Source: Gammaproteobacteria bacterium
GTDB taxonomy: Bacteria > Pseudomonadota > Gammaproteobacteria > UBA1113
Reading direction: 5' to 3'
DNA length: 64,000 bases
Assembly (NCBI GenBank): GCA_965230425.1
Contig: CBDDKW010000013.1
Coordinates: 117,066 to 181,065 of the forward strand
Shown here: positions 56,476 through 64,000 of the stretch, one piece after another
How the letters are laid out: every line of letters starts with the position of its first letter
How positions within the stretch are numbered: position 1 is the stretch's first letter
Made by a program: the position numbers and the translations under genes
Notes under the pieces: model-generated
Database searches by the model: none
What the model was told of the DNA's origin: nothing
What the model saw: only the letters and a program-made list of their open reading frames with translations

Positions 56476-56746
56476 TGAAAGCAGATTTTACTGATAATTA
56501 TCTACGATAGCAATGGTGATAGTATGATGAATATACTCTATGATAATATAGTGTCTTTACTAGGAAACTGGATGCCCTGCAGCTTGCCTCGGGAATTTCT
56601 ATTTGCTCGTAGCTTGCTGTGGATACTGCACGCCAGGGGGTTCTTAAGAGGGACCAGCCTAGCTGCCTTTTGCATCAACTTAGCTTGCATTGAATGTACA
56701 TAGGCGTAATATAATTAGACAACAATGATAAGGTGGTTAATAAATA

Positions 56747-58024
56747 ATGCTAAGTATTGGCTTAATGAGTGGTACTTCTATGGATGGGATTGATGCCGCG
56801 TTATTAGAAACTGATGGGACTGCAAAACATATTCGTGAGCTTGGCCATATTGCTATTGAATATACAAAGGCATTTATTTTATTATTGAAGGCCACTGAAT
56901 ATGCCATAAAGAAGTATCAAGGTGATATAAATCAAGCGCGAGAAAATCTTTCAATTGCTCTTAATGAATATCTCACTTGCCAATATAAAGTCGCTGACTT
57001 TGATTTATCAAACTATTTAACAGATTTAAAAACGTATCTATCTGCACAAGGTCATGCAGAAATGACCTTTGACGCAGTGATTGAGCATTCTACAGACTTA
57101 CATGCTGTTGCGGTAAAGAAATTGTTAGAAGAAACTGGCAATAGCGCAACAGACATTGATGTGGTGGGTTATCATGGTCAAACCATGTATCATCAACCTG
57201 ATCAAAAGATTTCAATTATTTTAGGTGATGGACAGCGTTTAGCTGATACCGTGCAAATTAAGGTTGTGAATGATTTTCGGCGTAATGATATTGAGCATGG
57301 TGGCCAAGGTGCACCCTTTGCACCTTTATATCACCAGGCATTAGCTTGCCGAGATGGCTGTGTACCTCTGGTTGTGGTTAATTGTGGGGGTATTGCTAAC
57401 GTCACCATTATTGATAGTGATGAACCAGAAGAATTAATTGGTTTTGATACAGGTCCGGGCAATGGTTTATTAGATCAATTTGTCAAACAACGTACCCAGG
57501 GTCGCGAGTCCATGGACCATAATGGTGAGCACGGTAGAGCAGGCAAAGTGGATAAAGCGATATTAGAGCAGCTCTATAACGCAGCTATACAAAAATCAGG
57601 GGAGAATTATTTTTTAAAATCACCGCCTAAATCCTTAGATTACGGTGATTTGATATTGATTCCAGAACTTGATCAATTGTCGTTGGCAGATGGCTGCGCC
57701 ACATTAGCTGCATTCACCGCAGACTCGATTATACGCGCTGTAGGCTTGGTTAAAGACAAATATCCGCGTCAATGGATTTTAGCTGGCGGTGGCTGGAATA
57801 ACCCGAATATTCGTCAGCAATTAATTACCCGCTTACAGCAGCAGCTTGGAGATGATATACAAGTATCAACAGCAAATGAAGCTGGTTGGAATAGCCAAGC
57901 TTTAGAGGCCCAGATTTTTGCTTATTTTGCTGTACGTAGTCTAGAGGGCAAACCTCTGAGTGTACCTGGTACCACAGGCGTTAAAAACGCAGTGAGTGGG
58001 GGCTGCCTTTATGAGCCTAAGTAA
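56747..58024 (+). CDS. anmK: Anhydro-N-acetylmuramic acid kinase
   Basis: GLMSGTSMDGIDAALL N-terminus, GHHGQT-like YHGQTMYH, NDFR..D...GGQGAP and DTGPGN motifs. Confidence 0.9.
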   Translation: MLSIGLMSGTSMDGIDAALLETDGTAKHIRELGHIAIEYTKAFILLLKATEYAIKKYQGDINQARENLSIALNEYLTCQYKVADFDLSNYLTDLKTYLSAQGHAEMTFDAVIEHSTDLHAVAVKKLLEETGNSATDIDVVGYHGQTMYHQPDQKISIILGDGQRLADTVQIKVVNDFRRNDIEHGGQGAPFAPLYHQALACRDGCVPLVVVNCGGIANVTIIDSDEPEELIGFDTGPGNGLLDQFVKQRTQGRESMDHNGEHGRAGKVDKAILEQLYNAAIQKSGENYFLKSPPKSLDYGDLILIPELDQLSLADGCATLAAFTADSIIRAVGLVKDKYPRQWILAGGGWNNPNIRQQLITRLQQQLGDDIQVSTANEAGWNSQALEAQIFAYFAVRSLEGKPLSVPGTTGVKNAVSGGCLYEPK

Positions 58025-58059
58025 TTGGCAGAACGTTTGTCACCCAGACTGGGTAGTTC

Positions 58060-58494
58060 TTAAGAGGCGTAAAATTCGCCTGCTTGTTGCCTTGGATCTG
58101 GTACTGAGCAATGTCCGTGAACGATGTACCATCTATCTTGTTCTTTTGCACAGACGAGACTGAATCTTACTTTAGGGTAGGCTTGGGTGCGACCATTAGT
58201 CTTTACTGTAGCTGTGCATTCAACCGCAATGCTTCCCATCGTATCGTGTACATTCTCAAGTAATACATCATAGTCATACTCAATGGCATCTAGTTGTGCC
58301 CACTCTTTTTCTATATTTTCTAGAAATTGCTGTTTGGTTAAATAGCATTCTTCGGCACCAGTTCCCCAGAGCATGAAATGTAGTGTAGGATGAAAAAGCT
58401 TTTCTAAGCTTTGCATATCTTTATTGGCGTAACTCTGTAGATAATCATCAAGTATTGTACGTACGGTGCTAATTTCATCATTGAGCAATAACAT
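58060..58494 (-). CDS. SnoaL/NTF2-like fold protein (probable)
   Basis: 144 aa. The pattern D.Y...Y...D...L..LFHP ... W.IVH is typical of SnoaL/DUF4440-like proteins. This is a weak call. Confidence 0.5.
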   Translation of the reverse strand: MLLLNDEISTVRTILDDYLQSYANKDMQSLEKLFHPTLHFMLWGTGAEECYLTKQQFLENIEKEWAQLDAIEYDYDVLLENVHDTMGSIAVECTATVKTNGRTQAYPKVRFSLVCAKEQDRWYIVHGHCSVPDPRQQAGEFYAS

Positions 58495-58582
58495 ATGTTT
58501 TCCTTAGCTGCATATAGCATTATATATGTTGATATGCCCTATCCAGAGCATTGATTAAGTGTAATGCTAGCAAAAAAATGTG

Positions 58583-59620
58583 TTAGAAAATGTCCGTGAT
58601 AATCCCGGACATAGGCAATTGTTGACTGACCAATTGTAATAACTGATGAGTAGAGTGACATCCCAAACGTTGTTTAGCTCTAGACAGGTATGTTTCTACT
58701 GTGCGTACGGAAAGTGATAATTCCTGTGCCACTATCTTTTGTGATGTATTTTTTAATAAACTATGAATAATTTGTTTTTCACGCTCGGTAACGTAGCTTG
58801 ATATATTGCCATGAATAATGGAATATCTTTTGCGATGTTGTTGCTGCTGCAAAATCATTTTATCTTTATTTGCATCTTGCATATGTGACGGTAGTGCAAG
58901 CGTATATTTTTCAGGATTCATAATCATAGGACTGGCAGCGTCTTGAAAATGTAAGCAAAATTGCTGTAATTCTGCAATATTATTAATGTAGTGATCCATA
59001 GCAAATTGATTATCACTAGGTGCAGCAAAGGCAATCATGTCATAATATTCAGGATGGCGTTTTACTAGTGTCAAGCCTTGGGTCATATCACCTCTATCAC
59101 GAGCTAATTTTGTCGCATAGTCTGGTAAATTACCATCCCATGTGAAAAAATATGTTTGCTTGTCAAGTTGTTCCGGTTTAATGGATGAGACAATATGATG
59201 TTCATTTTCTAAATAAAATTTCATCCAGTCAATACGGTTGATAAACAGCATGCTATTGCCATTGGCATAAACACGTGCATACTGAAAATAATTTAAATTA
59301 AATTTTTCTAGTAAAGGTGCTGCAATTTCATGTGTAATTTTGCAGGCGTCAAAAACTGGATGATTATCATTGAGTTTCATAATATATAAATACTTACTGA
59401 GTAAAATGGACAATCCGACTACCGCAGAGTATATGTCATTTATTACCTTAAAAACAAGAGTGCTATCTATAGGCAGAGTGCAGTGATTTTTAATGAACAG
59501 GGTTGGAATGAGGCTAAGGAATTTCCCATGTTTGTGGAGAGTTAGAAGTCTGAGGTTCTCCAAGGAGAAAGCGCAAGCATCGCTTGGGGTAACCACAGTG
59601 TGGGTTTTTAGCGCAGGCAA
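58583..59620 (-). CDS. LuxR/GerE-family transcriptional regulator with an uncharacterised N-terminal domain
   Basis: C-terminal HTH: TEREKQIIHSLLKNTSQKIVAQELSLSVRTVETYLSRAKQRLG. The start is uncertain; the internal ATG at 59380 (MKLNDNHPVF...) would give about 265 aa. Confidence 0.75.
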   Translation of the reverse strand: MPALKTHTVVTPSDACAFSLENLRLLTLHKHGKFLSLIPTLFIKNHCTLPIDSTLVFKVINDIYSAVVGLSILLSKYLYIMKLNDNHPVFDACKITHEIAAPLLEKFNLNYFQYARVYANGNSMLFINRIDWMKFYLENEHHIVSSIKPEQLDKQTYFFTWDGNLPDYATKLARDRGDMTQGLTLVKRHPEYYDMIAFAAPSDNQFAMDHYINNIAELQQFCLHFQDAASPMIMNPEKYTLALPSHMQDANKDKMILQQQQHRKRYSIIHGNISSYVTEREKQIIHSLLKNTSQKIVAQELSLSVRTVETYLSRAKQRLGCHSTHQLLQLVSQQLPMSGIITDIF

Positions 59621-59788
59621 AACTATTTGAGGAAATAACCTTGGTCGTTTGTGGCCAAGTTGTTGAATTTTTTACCTTAATAGTGTGCATTGTATTCGCC
59701 TATTGGTATTGCTTGACAGTCTAGGTATATTATCAGTATCGTGTAATCCATAGTATGTGCATAGTAAAGTTATTTAAGGAGATGTTAG

Positions 59789-60484
59789 TTGAGTAATACA
59801 GCCAAACACATTATTGCTATTGGTGGTGGTGGTTTCGGTAGCATGAAACCGGACACCAAATTTGAACGCTATATCTTAGCTCAAACTGCAGTAGATAAAC
59901 CTAAGATAGGTTTTCTGGCACAAGCAAGTAATGAGAATGCAGAATATACGGTAAGATTTTATCAAACATTTCTTGCCTTAGGTGCTGAACCTAGCCATGT
60001 CTCATTATTCGGTCGTGTGGAACCCCAGTGGCGCGAGTTACTGCTCCAGCAAGATGTGATTTATGTAGGTGGTGGTAATACTCGCAGCATGCTTGCCTTA
60101 TGGCGCGAATGGGGTGCGGATACCGTGTTAAAACAAGCTTACGAACAGGGCACAATACTTTGTGGAGTGAGTGCCGGTGCTATCTGTTGGTTTGAACAAG
60201 GTATTACTGATTCAGTGTGGCCCTTGGGCTCTATGTCATGTTTAGGCTTTGTGACAGGTAGTTGTTGCCCACATTATGATTCCGAGCCTGAACGTGAACC
60301 CAGCTTCACTGCCAAAGTGGATAGTCATGAGGTATTACCTGGGATTGCTCTGCAAGATAATACTGCTGCGCATTATGTAGATGGTAAGCTATATCAAGTG
60401 ATAAAGTCTAAACCAGAAAAGCAAGCTTTTACAGTTAATGTGGATATACAGGAGCCTCTGGCTACTGTATATCTTGAGGATTAA
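59789..60484 (+). CDS. Peptidase S51 (dipeptidase E / cyanophycinase-like) family protein
   Basis: GGGNTRSML and GVSAGAICW (Ser nucleophile) motifs. TTG start 7 nt after AAGGAG. Confidence 0.75.
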   Translation: MSNTAKHIIAIGGGGFGSMKPDTKFERYILAQTAVDKPKIGFLAQASNENAEYTVRFYQTFLALGAEPSHVSLFGRVEPQWRELLLQQDVIYVGGGNTRSMLALWREWGADTVLKQAYEQGTILCGVSAGAICWFEQGITDSVWPLGSMSCLGFVTGSCCPHYDSEPEREPSFTAKVDSHEVLPGIALQDNTAAHYVDGKLYQVIKSKPEKQAFTVNVDIQEPLATVYLED

Positions 60485-61652
60485 AGCAATGTCTTTTGAT
60501 GTAAACATGGTATATAAACTGTGTGGATACATTAATTAATAGAAAACTGATTGCAATGGGCGCTAAAGTATGAAGTGGGAAACAAGCAGCGGCGCCTGTG
60601 AAGATGCTAAAGGTCAACCAACCAAAGGCAAAAAATCCTGCATTGGCTGAGGCTGCCATATCTGGAAATAGGGATAAACAGTGGCCTACCATATTGGGAA
60701 ATATAAAACCGGTAAAATAAAGTAATAAATAAGCTGGAATGGCCGCTACAAAGAAATTGAGATAACCAAGCCATACACATACAAGCATCGTGATAATAGT
60801 GATAGTACAGGCCATTAATGCCCAAAAAAGTTTTATATTAGCATTGATGTGAAATAAAAATCGGTTCGTCGTATTACCAGCAAACCAGGCAAAACCTGCA
60901 CCCAAAGCAATATAACCATAAACGACAGCAGGGTAGTGTAATATATCTTGAAAGATAAAAGGTGCGGTGACATTGAAAATAGCTGTATAGCCATAAATGA
61001 TTCCGGCAAAAAGTGTAGGAATGGTAAACAGTGGTGTACGTGCTATACCACTGTAATTGCGCCATAAATGATTCATGGAGAATTGCTTCTTAACTTTTAA
61101 TGTTTCTGTAAAGGTAAAGCTGGTTAGTAGTATACAGATAAATACCAAGCACAATATAAAACTAAAACCACCTTGCCAACCGAAATAATGTTGCGCGTAT
61201 CCACCAATAAAGGGCGCAATAATAGGTGCGAGTGCGTAACTAATGGTGAGATAATTGAAATGTTTTTTTAATTGGTCGCCACTAAACACATCGTTTAAAA
61301 TAGCCCGCGCAGGGACAATCATGAAGGCAGCTCCTAAGCCTTGAAAAAAGCGGGCGACTAGAATTTCGTAAATAGAAAACCCATAAATGATAACAATGAT
61401 GCAACATAGTTGTACGAGCAATGCAAAAATAATTTGTTTTTTACGGCCATAAGCGTCTGATACTGGTCCTGCTAACATTTGCCCAAGCCCCATGGCTAAA
61501 ACGAAGCCGGTAATAGTTAATTGTACGTAGGTACTCGTTGTACTAAATGCACGGACCATGCTGGGTAAAGAGGGGAGATATATATCGGAACTCATTCCCG
61601 CCAGTGGGACTAGTAAATAGGCTAGTGCTGCATAGTAATGTTTTTTATGCAT
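60462..61652 (-). CDS. MFS transporter, Bcr/CflA-like
   Basis: 12-TM protein with a GPVSDAYGRKK loop 2-3 motif. Its 3' end overlaps the convergent S51 gene by 23 nt. Confidence 0.85.
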   Translation of the reverse strand: MHKKHYYAALAYLLVPLAGMSSDIYLPSLPSMVRAFSTTSTYVQLTITGFVLAMGLGQMLAGPVSDAYGRKKQIIFALLVQLCCIIVIIYGFSIYEILVARFFQGLGAAFMIVPARAILNDVFSGDQLKKHFNYLTISYALAPIIAPFIGGYAQHYFGWQGGFSFILCLVFICILLTSFTFTETLKVKKQFSMNHLWRNYSGIARTPLFTIPTLFAGIIYGYTAIFNVTAPFIFQDILHYPAVVYGYIALGAGFAWFAGNTTNRFLFHINANIKLFWALMACTITIITMLVCVWLGYLNFFVAAIPAYLLLYFTGFIFPNMVGHCLSLFPDMAASANAGFFAFGWLTFSIFTGAAACFPLHTLAPIAISFLLINVSTQFIYHVYIKRHCFNPQDIQ

Positions 61653-61838
61653 AGATAATCATATCCTTTTTATGAGCAAATTAATTATAGTGTATTGAAC
61701 CTTTTGCCCATTAGCATAAAGCAAAATGAAGGTCATTACGACTAGGCAGGACAATAAAAGCATGGCATATTGTCATTGATGATACGTGGCCATGAGCCAA
61801 GGTGTACAGAATTGTTGAAAATGGAGGCTAAGATACAA

Positions 61839-62309
61839 ATGACAGTAAAATCTATTCCCGATGGTTATCGTAGTATTACCCCGTATTTAATTGTTGCCAA
61901 TGGCAATGAAGCCATTGAATTTTATAAGCGTGCTTTTGCTGCAGTAGAAGTGCTGTGTATGCGTTCTCCAGGAGGTGAGAAAGTTTGTCATGCTGAACTT
62001 GAAATTGGTGACTCAAAAATTATGCTAGCAGATGAGTATCCTGATATGGAAGCATTAGCACCTCAGGCATTCGGTGGCTCGCCTGTAGGCATTCATCTAT
62101 ATGTTGAAAACGTAGATCAGGTAATGCAACAAGCCGTTGATGCCGGTGCCAAAATTGTCCGCCCGCTTGAAGATGCATTCTATGGTGATAGAACAGGCAG
62201 TATTGATGATCCCTTTGGTCATCGATGGCATATTGCCACACATATTGAAGATGTAACACCAGAAGAAATTCAGCGACGTTCAGCCGCCTTATTTGGTGAT
62301 GCTGAATAG
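61839..62309 (+). CDS. VOC (glyoxalase/bleomycin-resistance) family protein, PhnB-like
   Basis: ITPYLIV, HAELEIGDSKIMLADE and FYGDRTGSIDDPFGHRWHIATH motifs. ATG 61839 follows GGAGG; the ORF track starts at TTG 61770. Confidence 0.8.
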   Translation: MTVKSIPDGYRSITPYLIVANGNEAIEFYKRAFAAVEVLCMRSPGGEKVCHAELEIGDSKIMLADEYPDMEALAPQAFGGSPVGIHLYVENVDQVMQQAVDAGAKIVRPLEDAFYGDRTGSIDDPFGHRWHIATHIEDVTPEEIQRRSAALFGDAE

Positions 62310-62506
62310 TTTGTGTGTTATATAGTTATTAAGTGAAGCGAAGGCTTACTTTAGCCTGACTGCTACACAATTAGTAGAATTGACTCGGGGTGAGGTAGTC
62401 AATTTAAAGCAAGAAACGCATCATAGTTGATAGGCGCTAGTATGCTGTTATAATCGTAGCATCTCAAAGGAATGAGAGCTGATTTAATACATAGGGATGG
62501 TGTAAG

Positions 62507-62962
62507 GTGAATAAGTTAAGAGTAATATGTTTATTTATCGTGATGTTTTTTGTACAAAGTGTGTATGCAAACAACTCACCTAGTAAAGAATTACTGATTT
62601 GTGTTCTGCCAGGGCATGAGTTATCAATGGGTATGGCACAACCGCTTGTGCCATTTGAGCCAACTGATGAAGATGGTCCGCCTGAATATCAGAATGTTAT
62701 TGCCACGGTTTTTGTTAACTCAATAAAAATTGCATCACACCGTCTTGCAGCCTATGGGTCGGCATGTTTTCCTGCAAAATTTAATACAGGAATGTTTGAA
62801 ACCAATACCTTAGCAGCAAAATTTGTGCCGACAGTGCAAGAATACTACGCAGGTTGCAATCTATCCGTTTCTTTATCTGGTGAACAAGTTAGACATGCAC
62901 AGAAAATTTATATAGTAGATGATTATCAACCTGACTGCCACTATGCAATCTCACCGCAGTGA
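62507..62962 (+). CDS. Hypothetical secreted protein
   Basis: Clear signal peptide (MNKLRVICLFIVMFFVQSVYA) and four Cys residues. No motif recognised. GTG start. Confidence 0.55.
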   Translation: MNKLRVICLFIVMFFVQSVYANNSPSKELLICVLPGHELSMGMAQPLVPFEPTDEDGPPEYQNVIATVFVNSIKIASHRLAAYGSACFPAKFNTGMFETNTLAAKFVPTVQEYYAGCNLSVSLSGEQVRHAQKIYIVDDYQPDCHYAISPQ

Positions 62963-63015
62963 TTAAGTATGTCGAAATATAATTTCTCGACGTTAGAAGG
63001 ATAAAAGGATAAAAC

Positions 63016-63831
63016 ATGCAAGAGATAAAAATGATGCTGATTAGCTATATGCCGATGGTTTTTATGGCCTGTGTGATTTTAGTCATTGGTCTAGTCTTGG
63101 CTTATATGGCGAAAAAAATGACCCTAAAAGCCACGCAAAAAATCAGTAATAGGGCTATGGCGAATTTTCTATCACGATTGGTCCATATTATAGTGATTGT
63201 ACTCACGATCATTATTGTGCTTTCGCGCTTGGGCGTACCTACCACTTCATTAGTAGCTGTATTAGGTGCGGCTAGTTTAGCGATTGGATTGTCACTTAAA
63301 AACTTCTTAGCTAATTTAGCTGCAGGATTTCTTATTATCTTTTTACGGCCTTTTAAAATTGGTGACTTTATTGAGGTGGGGAGTAAAGCAGGTACAGTGT
63401 CTGATATTAATTTATTTATGACACATTTAAATACTACAGCCAATGAAGCTTTGTTTTTCCCCAACAATAAAATTATTAATGATTTTATCATCAATAAATC
63501 ATTTCATGATCATAAACGTTTAGATTTATTTATCGGTATTGCTTATGATGCCGATTTAAAGCAAGCAAAACAACTTATTGATGAGTGCTTAAAAAGCCAT
63601 CTTAATGTACAAGCTCAGCCAGCACCTCTCGTGGTTGTCAATGAGTTAGCCGACAGTGCAGTGATATTATTAGTGCGATTTTGGTGCCGAGTCGATCAAG
63701 CGCTAAGTACAAAGTTTGCTCTACTTGAAGATATTAAAAGTACTCTAGATGAAAATAATATCAATATTCCCTATCCTCAACTTGATGTGCATCTACAGGC
63801 AAATATGCAGCCTGATAGCATACAACAGTAA
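63016..63831 (+). CDS. Small-conductance mechanosensitive channel (MscS family)
   Basis: Three TM helices, then GFLIIFLRPFKIGDFIEV.G..GTV..I..F.T, the MscS pore-helix and beta-domain signature. Confidence 0.85.
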   Translation: MQEIKMMLISYMPMVFMACVILVIGLVLAYMAKKMTLKATQKISNRAMANFLSRLVHIIVIVLTIIIVLSRLGVPTTSLVAVLGAASLAIGLSLKNFLANLAAGFLIIFLRPFKIGDFIEVGSKAGTVSDINLFMTHLNTTANEALFFPNNKIINDFIINKSFHDHKRLDLFIGIAYDADLKQAKQLIDECLKSHLNVQAQPAPLVVVNELADSAVILLVRFWCRVDQALSTKFALLEDIKSTLDENNINIPYPQLDVHLQANMQPDSIQQ

Positions 63832-64000
63832 TAGATCAATCTGATGAACTTTGCTTTGCATAGAGCAAGCGAGAATTATCAGAAAATAACTCTCTGAAAT
63901 TTGCCTAAAGATTCTTGCTGGTTGCTTTCTTTGAGGCACTTTGTGTATTAGTATAGCCCTCAGCATGCAAGCAGGGGATAGTTGGCTAATCATATCTGAC

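Noticed and set aside
1-64000. Search by eye for tRNA, rRNA, tmRNA, integrase, reverse transcriptase, cas or toxin-antitoxin pairs
   Set aside because: I found no T-loop or anticodon-arm patterns, rRNA-like conserved blocks, or corresponding protein motifs. Absence by eye is not proof, so tRNAscan and Infernal should be run.

Overview
This is an AT-rich gammaproteobacterial chromosome segment. Its gene content and repeat families look Legionellales-like, meaning an intracellular Legionella/Coxiella-type lineage. That placement is inference from motifs only, since no searches were possible.

Core content:
- A complete System I cytochrome c maturation operon, ccmABCDEFGHI, lies on the minus strand (7562-13511). 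ccmD is shorter than the ORF-track cutoff and was found by hand.
- An aa3-type cytochrome c oxidase and haem A assembly region spans 23083-35252. A tetrahaem cytochrome c, coxC and two DUF2269-like membrane proteins are on the minus strand. Divergent from them on the plus strand are coxB-coxA-ctaG-surf1-orf-ctaA-ctaB-sco1-tlpA-cytochrome c5.

The most striking observation is that coxA is broken by at least six single-base indels, while every neighbouring cox and assembly gene is intact. A 160-bp dispersed repeat carrying a terminator-like hairpin sits between coxA and ctaG.

Accessory content:
- A complete IS10-like (IS4 family) element with a perfect 9-bp target duplication (35-1378).
- Several large orphan, effector-like proteins: a 598-aa protein with an internal repeat, a 1226-aa TPR + class-3 lipase fusion, a 1282-aa protein with a 410-aa tandem duplication, and a 741-aa protein with an HCxxGxxRS phosphatase motif.
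- An orphan AAA/DUF4143-type ATPase preceded by three 14-bp palindromes spaced exactly 24 bp apart.
- A PAS / histidine kinase / REC-GGDEF-EAL signalling group.
- pdxST, anmK, an RRM-type RNA-binding protein, and transporters.

At least three short dispersed repeat or hairpin families recur in the intergenic regions. I saw no rRNA, tRNA or CRISPR array. All product calls come from motif recognition by eye, not database searches.
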